In this document: positions 47,343 to 55,145 of the stretch, piece by piece
Layout of the letters: each line of letters opens with the position of its first letter
Position numbering within the stretch: position 1 is the first letter of the stretch
From: a virus
Lineage: Duplodnaviria > Caudoviricetes
Virus record (IMG/VR): IMGVR_UViG_3300036793_000083
Span: 1-59,923 of that record
DNA: 59,923 bases
Direction: 5' to 3' (one strand)
Translations under genes and position numbers: made by a program
The notes under the pieces: model-generated
The model's input: the letters and a program-made list of their open reading frames with translations, nothing else
Told to the model about the DNA's origin: nothing
Databases searched by the model: none

Positions 47343-47965
47343 AGCCGAACTCCGGGAACGATATCCAGGCATCCCAGATGGGCGGGGACGTCGCGGGCAT
47401 CACCGGCACCGCCACCGCCACCACTGCGACGTCCCTGACCGGCACGGGAACTCCGTTCGTCGCCTCGGCCTATATCGGGCACATGGTCGTGGCGGGCAGC
47501 GTGTACGGCGTGATCACCGCGAACACGACCTCCGTGCTGACCGTGGGCGAGTGGCTGACCGCGAACGCACCCGGCACCGTCGCCTCCACGCCCGGGGCTA
47601 CCTCGACGTTCGTGATCCTGCCCGGCAACGCGCCCGCCTGGTATCACGCCCTGACCGCCGACGCCACCACGCCCGCCAGTGGCGACACCACGCTGCCCAG
47701 TGAGATCACCACGGCGGCTGGCGGATTGAAACGCAAGCCGGCCACCTACGCCCATACGACCGGTGCGAACAGTTACACCCTCACGACGGTGTTCACGGCC
47801 AACGCCTCGGACACGCTGCCGGTGACGATCGCGAAGGGCGGCACGTTCCAAACTCTCACCGGCGCCACGGGTAAGCCCCTGTACGAGACGCTACTGACGC
47901 CGGCCACAGCCACCCTGTCCGCGAGCGGCGATCAGCTCACCGTCACGCAGACCGTCACGACCTAG
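47339..47965 (+). CDS. Thr-rich virion/fibre-associated protein
   Basis: DTTLPSEIT..GGLKRKPATYAHT.G...YTL, GDQLTVT. Confidence 0.6.
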   Translation: MKPNSGNDIQASQMGGDVAGITGTATATTATSLTGTGTPFVASAYIGHMVVAGSVYGVITANTTSVLTVGEWLTANAPGTVASTPGATSTFVILPGNAPAWYHALTADATTPASGDTTLPSEITTAAGGLKRKPATYAHTTGANSYTLTTVFTANASDTLPVTIAKGGTFQTLTGATGKPLYETLLTPATATLSASGDQLTVTQTVTT

Positions 47966-47982
47966 CAGGCGGGAGGGCAGGC

Positions 47983-49968
47983 GTGGCCTTCCCTGCCGTC
48001 GCCACCATCGCGAATTCGACGCTGACCAGTTCAGGCACCACGCACGCCATCAGCGTGCCGACCGGCATCGCGGCCGGTGACCTGCTGATCGGCCTGATGG
48101 GCGCGAACTCCGGATCGAACGTGACGATCACGTGGGGCGGATCGTTTACGCAATTATTCCAGGCCACCGGGACCACCGTCCCGCTGTCGGTTGCCTACAA
48201 GTTCGCCGTGGGTGGCGAAACGACGTTCAACAACACGACCAGCGCCAGCGCCACCTCGGCTACGCGGATCATCCGGATCACGGGGGCGCACGCCACCACG
48301 CCGCCCGCGCTCGGCACCGAGGTGGTCAGCCTCGGCACCACGCCTAACCCGCCGAGCCTTGATCCCGCGGCGTGGGCCACTGAGGACACGCTCTGGCTGG
48401 CGATAGTGATGGTGGCCAGCGCGTCCGGGTCGGCCAGCGCCGCGCCCTCCGGATTCTCCGGGCTCACCACGCACACCGGTGGCGTCGAGATCGGGCACGC
48501 GTGGCTCCAGCTGCGCGCGTCATCGGAGGACCCGGGCACCTTCACGACCTCACCGAGCACGTCCTATCGCGTCAACACGATGGCCGTGCGCCCGCTGATC
48601 GCCACGTCGCTGACAGCGGCCATGACGGACACCGCAGCGGCGACGGACGTGGCAGCGCGAGCGGTGGTGCTGGCTCGCACGCTGACCGACTCGGCCGGTG
48701 CGACGGACACCGCAGCTAGGGCGACCCTTCGGGCACGAGCGGTGGCCGACAGTGCACCGGCGACGGACGTGATGGGCAGCGCCTCGGTTCGCTCCCGTGC
48801 ACTCACCGACACCGCAGGCGCCACGGACTCGATGCCGCGGGCACTCGTCCAGGTGCGCACGCAGACCGACTCCGCGCCAGCGTCGGACGCCTCGGTGCGT
48901 TCGGCGCTGGCCCGCGCCCGTGCGATGACCGACAGCGCGCCGACTAGCGACGTCGTGACGCGAAGCGCGCAGGCCCTCGCTCGATCCCTGACGGATACTG
49001 CTGCAGCCTCGGACTCGATGGGCCGCGCGATCCCGCCCGCGCGCTCGATGACCGACTCGGCCGGTGCCACCGATGCGCTGCCTCGCGGCCTACAGCAGGC
49101 CCGTGCTGCGAGCGACACCGCAGGCGCGGCCGACGTCCTGGCACGGGGCACGGTCCGCGCCCGCTCGATGGCCGACTCGGCACCTGCGGTCGACAGCATC
49201 GGCCCGCAGGCCGTCCGAGCTCGCGCGCTCACGGACTCCGCGCCCGCCGGTGACGCCGCGGTGCGCAGCCTCGCCACCGCTCGCTCCCTTATCGACGCCG
49301 CGCCCGCGGTCGACTCGGCCGGGCAGGTCGACCGCGACGCCCGCGGCGTCACCGACTCTGCGCCGGCCACCGACTCGATAGGCCGTGCGGTGGCACTCGC
49401 CCGCGCCATCCCCTCCGCAGCGCCAGCGGGCGACAGCATCGGCCCGTCGGCCACCCGCGCCCGTGCGATGACCGACTCGGCCGGTGCTGCCGACACAGTG
49501 ACCGCGACGGTATCGCTGTCGCGCGTCCTGCTCGACTCGGCCGCTGCCACCGATGCGGTGAATGCCGCCGTCGTCGCGGGCTCGGTGCGGATCGCCGTCG
49601 CCATGACGGACACCGCTCCCGCGTCCGATGTGATGGGTACCCGTGGCCTCACCGCGCGGATCGTGCTCGACGTTGCGCCTGCAGCCGACGGGACAGGCCG
49701 CACGCTGCGGTTGGCCAGGGTCATGCTCGACTCGGCACCCGCGGCCGACGCGGTTGGCCAGCGCGCGCACGTCACCTACCGGTTCCCGCTGCGGGCGGGC
49801 GAGGTTGCGGTGGTGGGCGTCGCGGTCGGCCGGGCATGGGTGGTCGGCGTGGCGTCCGGGCTGGTCGGCGTGGTCCCGGTGGCCAGCGGTGTCGCCGAGG
49901 TCGTGACGGTCGCCGACTCCGCAGCGGTGGCCGTGGTGCCGGTGGCCACCGCCGTCGCGCGGGCATAG
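47983..49968 (+). CDS. Fibre-like protein with about 19 tandem 20-aa repeats
   Basis: Repeat consensus AR(A/S)(L/M)TDSAPATD...; beta-rich N-terminal domain. Confidence 0.7.
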   Translation: MAFPAVATIANSTLTSSGTTHAISVPTGIAAGDLLIGLMGANSGSNVTITWGGSFTQLFQATGTTVPLSVAYKFAVGGETTFNNTTSASATSATRIIRITGAHATTPPALGTEVVSLGTTPNPPSLDPAAWATEDTLWLAIVMVASASGSASAAPSGFSGLTTHTGGVEIGHAWLQLRASSEDPGTFTTSPSTSYRVNTMAVRPLIATSLTAAMTDTAAATDVAARAVVLARTLTDSAGATDTAARATLRARAVADSAPATDVMGSASVRSRALTDTAGATDSMPRALVQVRTQTDSAPASDASVRSALARARAMTDSAPTSDVVTRSAQALARSLTDTAAASDSMGRAIPPARSMTDSAGATDALPRGLQQARAASDTAGAADVLARGTVRARSMADSAPAVDSIGPQAVRARALTDSAPAGDAAVRSLATARSLIDAAPAVDSAGQVDRDARGVTDSAPATDSIGRAVALARAIPSAAPAGDSIGPSATRARAMTDSAGAADTVTATVSLSRVLLDSAAATDAVNAAVVAGSVRIAVAMTDTAPASDVMGTRGLTARIVLDVAPAADGTGRTLRLARVMLDSAPAADAVGQRAHVTYRFPLRAGEVAVVGVAVGRAWVVGVASGLVGVVPVASGVAEVVTVADSAAVAVVPVATAVARA

Positions 49969-49970
49969 AG

Positions 49971-50026
49971 CGGCCCACCGAGGCCGGATCGTCTGGGGGA
50001 CGGGGAACGGGTTGCTCGGTGGGCCG
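49971..50026. terminator. Inverted repeat at the convergence of late and early transcription
   Basis: CGGCCCACCGAG / CTCGGTGGGCCG, 12 bp. Confidence 0.5.
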
Positions 50027-50041
50027 TGATCAGCGTAGCGG

Positions 50042-50266
50042 TCAGGCTGGCGGCGGCGCGAAGATACTGGTCAGGTTCGGCGCGATGTTGAACGGACCGA
50101 ACGGCCCCACATTCACGTTCACTGGCACCTGACACACCAGCGACGAGAGCAGTGGGTAGCAGGTCACCGGAGTCGGCGCGGGCGTCGCCGTGTCGGCCAG
50201 CGCGATACCGCTCACGCCGAGCGTTGCTACCGCTACCAGCGCGACGAGACAGCCGAGACGGCGCAT
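50042..50266 (-). CDS. Small secreted hydrophobic protein with 2 mature Cys
   Basis: Signal peptide ALA|D; QVPVNVNV; TGATG coupling. Confidence 0.6.
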   Translation of the reverse strand: MRRLGCLVALVAVATLGVSGIALADTATPAPTPVTCYPLLSSLVCQVPVNVNVGPFGPFNIAPNLTSIFAPPPA

Positions 50267-50544
50267 CACTTGAACAGCGCCGTAACTTTGCCCATCAGGG
50301 CCTCGGCCACGCCGAGCATCGCCCACGGGCCAGCGCTGGTCACCTTTTTCATCTCGCCGGGCAGGCCCTGCAGTGCGGTCAACAGTTGGTGGATGAACTG
50401 CTGCGTACCGGCGTCGGGGATCGCGCCCACGATCTCGTCCACCGTCACGTGACCGTCGGCAAGCGCGAGCTTGATCGACCCGGCGCTCTCGAACAGGTCG
50501 GTGAGCAGCAGGTTTAAATCCGGATAATCAGTTTCGAAAGACAC
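50266..50544 (-). CDS. Hypothetical protein
   Basis: RBS GGGGAGG. Confidence 0.65.
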   Translation of the reverse strand: MSFETDYPDLNLLLTDLFESAGSIKLALADGHVTVDEIVGAIPDAGTQQFIHQLLTALQGLPGEMKKVTSAGPWAMLGVAEALMGKVTALFK

Positions 50545-50605
50545 GGGAACCCTCCCCTAGTCGGCATGATCCGCAGGGGAGGGTAACCCGATCGGTGGCG
50601 TCTAT

Positions 50606-50860
50606 TCAGTGGTCACGCGTGTCAGGCCGCTCCGGACGAAACCCCGTCTTCAGGTGGCCGGATGATCCCATTCGGGCCAGCCGGGCGGCCAGCGTGATGT
50701 TCTGCCCACGCCGGGCGGCCAGCTCCTGCACCTGATCCAGCGGGTATCCGCGCACCTCGCTGATGCCGCGTCGCGACAGCTCCCGGCGGGCTGATGCTGC
50801 CGAGCCGAGGCCGAGCAGTTCCGCGGCGCGCTCGCCCGAGATCAGACCGTGGTCACTCAT
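50606..50860 (-). CDS. Small HTH-like protein
   Basis: ISGERAAELLGLGSAASARRELSRRGI. Confidence 0.55.
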   Translation of the reverse strand: MSDHGLISGERAAELLGLGSAASARRELSRRGISEVRGYPLDQVQELAARRGQNITLAARLARMGSSGHLKTGFRPERPDTRDH

Positions 50861-51129
50861 GACGTGCCCTGCCTTCCTAGTTTGTCCGTGCGGGCGTGAA
50901 CCTCGCGCCGTTGCTCGGCAGTGAGTCCGCCGAAGATCCCCGACTTCGGCCGCTCCCTCAGCGCCCACTCGCGGCACTCGATGAGACTCGGGCAGTGGCG
51001 GCATATGGCCTTCGCCTGCCTGGCCCTGGCCTGCGCGCCTGCGGGACCGTCGGAAAAGAACAGATCCGGGTCCTCATCGCGGCAGGCTGCGACGTGGCGC
51101 CAGTCGTCGGTCGCAGCCTCGCCGGTCAT
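50857..51129 (-). CDS. WhiB-family transcription factor
   Basis: W...AACRDEDPDLFF...AKAICRHCP...ECREWAL...GIFGGLTAEQR. Confidence 0.93.
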   Translation of the reverse strand: MTGEAATDDWRHVAACRDEDPDLFFSDGPAGAQARARQAKAICRHCPSLIECREWALRERPKSGIFGGLTAEQRREVHARTDKLGRQGTS

Positions 51130-51338
51130 GACACCTTCGCCGCTCTCATGCACTCGGCGTGAGCGGTGGACTGTGCCCATACCAGCTGGGCAGTCGCGTC
51201 CACAAGGTGCTGATGTGTGACGCGCGAGCGGGTGCCGTGACCGGCTACGACCCGGCGTCGGATCAGTGCCGTGCTCTGCTCGATCAGGGCGGCGATCTCG
51301 GCACAGTCGCCGAGGTGGCCCGTCTGCGTTTCGTGCAT
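51126..51338 (-). CDS. Hypothetical protein after leader motif
   Basis: ATG 6 nt after GACATGGAG. Confidence 0.55.
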   Translation of the reverse strand: MHETQTGHLGDCAEIAALIEQSTALIRRRVVAGHGTRSRVTHQHLVDATAQLVWAQSTAHAECMRAAKVS

Positions 51339-51344
51339 GTCCGT

Positions 51345-51368
51345 CTCCATGTCTCTGCCCCGTCGGGC
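51345..51368 (-). promoter_or_regulatory. Leader motif (copy 5), intra-operonic
   Basis: GCCC-GACG-GGGC-aga-GACATGGAG directly after a stop codon, with no promoter. Confidence 0.75.
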
Positions 51369-51374
51369 CAGTTG

Positions 51375-51848
51375 CTAGCTGAGGTAGCGCTTCGCCATGC
51401 TGCGGATGACGTCCTCACCGACGCGGGCCGAGCCGGTGCGCTGCGCGTCGCGCTCGATGCAGGTCTCTAGCGGCACGTCGGTAAAGTCGACCAGTTCCCA
51501 CCGTCCCCCGCCGCGCTCGATCGTCGCCTGCTGTGCGCGGAGGTAGCCGGGGTTCAGGTTGGTCGCGTCCAGGATGACGTCCACCCTGCGGATGAGTAGC
51601 AGGATCAGCGCGGCGTCGATCATGTCCGTGATGATGTTCTCGAACGTCGGAACGGTCGGGCCGTAGCCGACGGTCATCATGGCCCGCATGTCGTCGCGGG
51701 ACAGTCGCACCAGTCGCTTAGGGTCCTCGCCCGCATCGAGGTGACGCTGGATCTCGGCCCGCGCCCACGAGGTCTTCCCGCAGCCGGGCAGTCCGACGGT
51801 GATCCGGACCAGCGGACGCCTGCACTTGCCGGTCCACGTCTCGCTCAT
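51375..51848 (-). CDS. Polynucleotide-kinase-like P-loop kinase (AAA_33)
   Basis: GLPGCGKT, LSRDDMR, VILDATNL, DVPLETCIERDAQR. Confidence 0.85.
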   Translation of the reverse strand: MSETWTGKCRRPLVRITVGLPGCGKTSWARAEIQRHLDAGEDPKRLVRLSRDDMRAMMTVGYGPTVPTFENIITDMIDAALILLLIRRVDVILDATNLNPGYLRAQQATIERGGGRWELVDFTDVPLETCIERDAQRTGSARVGEDVIRSMAKRYLS

Positions 51849-52060
51849 GACTTGCCCTCCAGCCAGTCCGCGCGGGCCAGCAGGTCGGCGGCGATCGCGC
51901 GCAGCTTCGCCGGGTCGTTGAACAGCACGTGCCCGCCCATGCGCACCTCGCGGCCGAACGCGTCGCAACTGTCCACGAGGTATTGGCTGCCGTTGCCGTC
52001 GTCCGTGACGATGAGGTACTGCGGGGTGGCCGTAGTCGGCTCGTTCTGTGTCTCGCTCAT
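51845..52060 (-). CDS. Hypothetical protein (leaderless)
   Basis: Promoter directly upstream. Confidence 0.6.
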   Translation of the reverse strand: MSETQNEPTTATPQYLIVTDDGNGSQYLVDSCDAFGREVRMGGHVLFNDPAKLRAIAADLLARADWLEGKS

Positions 52061-52066
52061 GGGACA

Positions 52067-52095
52067 AGTATGCCGCGCAGCGCGGCAGGTGTCAA
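52067..52095 (-). promoter_or_regulatory. Sigma70-type leaderless promoter
   Basis: TTGACA-17-CATACT, 6 nt before ATG 52060. Confidence 0.7.
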
Positions 52096-52625
52096 GCCGC
52101 TAGGTCGTACTGCTGCGCGCGCAACATGTCGCGATACTCGCGCTGCGCCACTGCCAGCGACTTCGGCACACGGCGGGGGTTGTCCAGGTTGAACGTGTGG
52201 TTATGCAGCGGGCGGCGCCACCGGATGTTGACCGCCTCGCGCCGGTCCAATAGGGCCTCGGGCATCCGGTGCCACCACGGCAGGGTGTGCCAACTGGTCA
52301 CCAGATCCGCCCACGGTTGCGCGGGTGCCCCCCAGTGGTCCGAGCCGTACAGGTGCTCTCGGATGCGCTCAGCGGCGTCACGGTGGCGCGTCTGCCCGAC
52401 GTAGAGCAGGACGTGGCGACGGATGCGCAGCGCGGCCAGCAGGCGACGCCACCACGGCAGGTATCCGCCTAGCTCGCGGATCACGTCCAGGTGGCGCCGG
52501 CCATACACGACGTACACGTACCCCGGACGCAACGAGCGCCACCATCGCACCGTCAGCCATCCGCCGAGCACGATCGAGGCCAGTCCGACCAGCGCGAGAA
52601 TGACCAGCATCGTCGTCGCGTCCAT
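52092..52625 (-). CDS. Membrane-anchored GIY-YIG-like protein
   Basis: N-terminal TM; GYVY...LYVGQT...RIREH...E..NI....PLHN. Confidence 0.65.
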   Translation of the reverse strand: MDATTMLVILALVGLASIVLGGWLTVRWWRSLRPGYVYVVYGRRHLDVIRELGGYLPWWRRLLAALRIRRHVLLYVGQTRHRDAAERIREHLYGSDHWGAPAQPWADLVTSWHTLPWWHRMPEALLDRREAVNIRWRRPLHNHTFNLDNPRRVPKSLAVAQREYRDMLRAQQYDLAA

Positions 52626-52924
52626 CAGAACGCCCCCACGTACGTGATCAGGTGCCACGCCACGTAGGCCAGCATCCCCACGACGAACAGAAATCCGACG
52701 GCGGTGGACGCCATCGCGATACGGAACGGCCAGAGCGAGTAGCGGAATCGGACGTGAGCACGCGCGACCGGATCCGGCCCGTCATCCTGCTCGGCCTCGA
52801 TCAGCGCGCCGTCCTCGCGCGAGGCCATTCTGCACGCCTCGCAATCATCGCTCAGCGCGTGCAGCCAGCAGTCCCACGGATCAGTCCGACCCTCGGGACA
52901 TACCGGCCGCTCCCCCGTCGTCAT
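52625..52924 (-). CDS. Cys-containing membrane protein
   Basis: Cys/His cluster plus C-terminal TM. Confidence 0.55.
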   Translation of the reverse strand: MTTGERPVCPEGRTDPWDCWLHALSDDCEACRMASREDGALIEAEQDDGPDPVARAHVRFRYSLWPFRIAMASTAVGFLFVVGMLAYVAWHLITYVGAF

Positions 52925-52927
52925 GGC

Positions 52928-53080
52928 TCAGCCGCTCGCGATCGTTTGGGCGAAGGTGATGGCCGACGTAAATGCAGTGTGCACGAAGTGCCCGGCCATC
53001 GCGGGATTAGTGAACACGTATCCGAGCAGGAACAGCACGAACACCCACCATAGAACCGTGCCGAAGTGGAACCGTGGCAT
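52928..53080 (-). CDS. 50-aa membrane protein
   Basis: Hand-translated MPRFHFGTVLWWVFVLFLLGYVFTNP...; RBS GGGAGG. Confidence 0.6.
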   Translation of the reverse strand: MPRFHFGTVLWWVFVLFLLGYVFTNPAMAGHFVHTAFTSAITFAQTIASG

Positions 53081-53094
53081 GACGCCCTCCCTCT

Positions 53095-53298
53095 CTACTT
53101 AGCGTGCCGATCTGCGGACCTCGACTGTCTACCGACGGCCAAGCCTTCCATCCTGGCGACCGCCATGCAGACGCAGAGGATGAGTGAGAACGGGAGTCCC
53201 GTCCACCACGAAGTGGACCCGCGCAATAGCCAGTGAGCGGACACCAGGGCGATCACGCCGAGGATAAGTGCCACCTCCGAGTGCCTGAGTTTCATCAC
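53095..53298 (-). CDS. 2-TM membrane protein
   Basis: Hydrophobic ORF. Confidence 0.55.
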   Translation of the reverse strand: MMKLRHSEVALILGVIALVSAHWLLRGSTSWWTGLPFSLILCVCMAVARMEGLAVGRQSRSADRHAK

Positions 53299-53474
53299 AC
53301 GCGCTCCGTATCAATTTATGGGGACCAGGGGGCGCAGGTGCCGGACGGCTGTTGCTCGCAACCGCATGGTCGGCCCTTGCCCTGATGCGATGAAGGGTTT
53401 AACGCCTCGCACTGGTCCCTATGTGGTGACCTGGCCGTAGCGGGCGGCCACGGTCACGTGGTCTATGGAGTTGG

Positions 53475-53624
53475 TCAGCCTTCGTCGCAGTAGCGACAGC
53501 CTTCATAGCACTCAACGAGGGTGATGTATCCGCCACACTCGCAGTTATTTTCCGCGTCCTCGGGGTCGTACTCCGCGTCGCAATCGCCGCACCTGCCGAA
53601 GCACTCTAGGATGTAGTCAATCAT
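53475..53624 (-). CDS. Acidic 8-Cys microprotein (paralog B)
   Basis: MIDYILECFGRCGDCDAEYDPEDAENNCECGGYITLVECYEGCRYCDEG. Confidence 0.75.
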   Translation of the reverse strand: MIDYILECFGRCGDCDAEYDPEDAENNCECGGYITLVECYEGCRYCDEG

Positions 53625-53714
53625 CTCAGTCCGTCCGGTGAGCCTTCCATAAGTCGATCAGGCCGAGTGTGGTGATGGTGCCGATGAGGGCGCCTGAGTA
53701 GATCAGTACGAGGA

Positions 53715-53861
53715 TCACTCGCGCACGTCCTCGCAGAAATCGCAACCATCGACGCACGCGACCAGTTGAATCACGCCGCCGCACTCGCACTCTGCGTCAT
53801 GCTCGTCCGGGTCGTACTCGCTCGCGCACTCGTCGCACTCGCCGTAGCACTCTTCGTCCAC
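53715..53861 (-). CDS. Acidic 8-Cys microprotein (paralog A)
   Basis: MDEECYGECDECASEYDPDEHDAECECGGVIQLVACVDGCDFCEDVRE. Confidence 0.75.
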   Translation of the reverse strand: MDEECYGECDECASEYDPDEHDAECECGGVIQLVACVDGCDFCEDVRE

Positions 53862-53864
53862 GTC

Positions 53865-54098
53865 TCAGCCCTCGCAGTACTGGCAGCCGTTACCGTCGCA
53901 CCACACGCACGGGTCTGGGAATACCGCCGTGAACGTGCCGCTCAGGTGGTCGCGGATGACAGTCGTGGCGTTCGGAGTCAGGGCATCGTTCACGTAGACA
54001 TTCTCGTGACCGTCCAGGGCAATGAGCTGATCCACTAGGGCCAGCACTGCAGCCTTATCCACGCCGAACTCACGTGCGATTGTTTCGATCTCGTCCAT
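53865..54098 (-). CDS. Early hypothetical protein, C-terminal CxxC...CxxC
   Basis: First gene after the promoter and leader motif. Confidence 0.65.
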   Translation of the reverse strand: MDEIETIAREFGVDKAAVLALVDQLIALDGHENVYVNDALTPNATTVIRDHLSGTFTAVFPDPCVWCDGNGCQYCEG

Positions 54099-54103
54099 TG
54101 GCC

Positions 54104-54165
54104 CTCCATGTCTCGGCCCGTCGGCCTGTAGTGACGACAGTACCGACGCGGCGCGGATGTGTCAA
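54104..54165 (-). promoter_or_regulatory. Promoter plus leader motif (copy 6)
   Basis: TTGACA-17-TACTGT; GGCC-GACG-GGCC-ga-GACATGGAG. Confidence 0.8.
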
Positions 54166-54186
54166 CAGCGGTACCGGTACCCTCGG

Positions 54187-54367
54187 CGGGGTACTCGGTA
54201 CCCTGCGGTGCGGGGTACTCGCCGGGGTAGTGCCCGGGGTAGTCGGCTCGCGCGGTGCGGGGTATTCCCGCAGGTCGCACCGCAATACCCCGGGCTCGAT
54301 TACCCCGGCGACTACCCCGCGGACTACCCCGCCCGGTACCCCGGCGACTACCCGGGTGTTTACCCCG
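54187..54367. repeat. Bipartite inverted array of TACCCCG repeats, about 12-bp period
   Basis: CGGGGTA at 54187, 54211, 54223, 54235, 54258. TACCC(C)G at 54286, 54301, 54313, 54325, 54337, 54349, 54361. Confidence 0.9.
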
Positions 54368-54467
54368 GGGTGTACACAAACACACCACCGCCGACCCTGG
54401 TGGCTGCAACGGGTCGGCGGTGGTGACGGTCCAGCGGTCCGAGCGGTGCGGAATGGCAATCCGCGCG

Positions 54468-55013
54468 TCAGATCCGGCGCAACTGCTCGGTGATATGAGC
54501 GCGCGAACTCGGCAGGTGCCGGACCGTGCTATTCGTGCCGGTCAGCGCCTCACGGTGCTCGCTCAGTCGATCCATGCGCGCCGTTTTCTCGGCCTCCAAA
54601 TCGGCCACGCGACGCTGCGCGCGTCCGGCCTGCGTGAACGACAGCACCGACAGTGCCAGCATCCCCACGCCTATCACGTAGTAGATCGGCTCTGACCAGC
54701 GGAAACCGATCGCGGGCAGCAGGATCAGCACGCCGAGCAGGCCGAAGCCAGCACACGCCCGCCACCACTCCTGCCGGCGGGCCTCGGCGTTGCCCACGTA
54801 GTGCCGGTGATCCCTGGTCAGCGCGTCGGCGCTGCGGTCCACCGCGTCCAGCTGCGGGAGGTTCGCCCGCATCGTCAGGATCCGCCGCGCCAGCTCCCGC
54901 GCCTCGGTCGCGAACTCCTGACCCTCGGGCGTGTCCATGCCCGCGCGGTCCCGGCGGCGTCCCGCGAGCTCCAGCGCGGCGTCCAGTTCGTCCATCTCGT
55001 CCATGCTCCCCAT
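54468..55013 (-). CDS. 2-TM coiled-coil membrane protein
   Basis: Two hydrophobic helices flanked by coiled coils. Confidence 0.6.
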   Translation of the reverse strand: MGSMDEMDELDAALELAGRRRDRAGMDTPEGQEFATEARELARRILTMRANLPQLDAVDRSADALTRDHRHYVGNAEARRQEWWRACAGFGLLGVLILLPAIGFRWSEPIYYVIGVGMLALSVLSFTQAGRAQRRVADLEAEKTARMDRLSEHREALTGTNSTVRHLPSSRAHITEQLRRI

Positions 55014-55031
55014 CCCCTACCCTCGGTGACC

Positions 55032-55139
55032 CAAACAAACAAACAAACACACCACGCACCGGGGGGGTGTGCGTCCTGCTGACCTGCACCTATGCGGGCA
55101 GGGTCCCCCCGCGGGGTGGTGTGTTTGTTTGTTTGTTTG
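55032..55139. repeat. 24-bp perfect inverted repeat of (CAAA)4CACACCAC directly 3' of the translocase
   Basis: 55032-55055 vs 55116-55139, with an inner G/C-run stem. Confidence 0.92.
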
Positions 55140-55145
55140 CCTCAC

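Noticed and set aside
53321-53419. tRNA (acceptor-like GGGACCA/TGGTCCC ends)
   Set aside because: No T-loop GTTCRA and no D or anticodon arm pattern.
54187-54367. Possible CRISPR array
   Set aside because: Units are 7 bp with about 5-bp gaps; no repeat-spacer structure or cas genes.
54157-54426. ORF with YPGD/YPAD repeats
   Set aside because: Translation artefact of the 12-bp-phased DNA array; no RBS, and opposite to local gene orientation.
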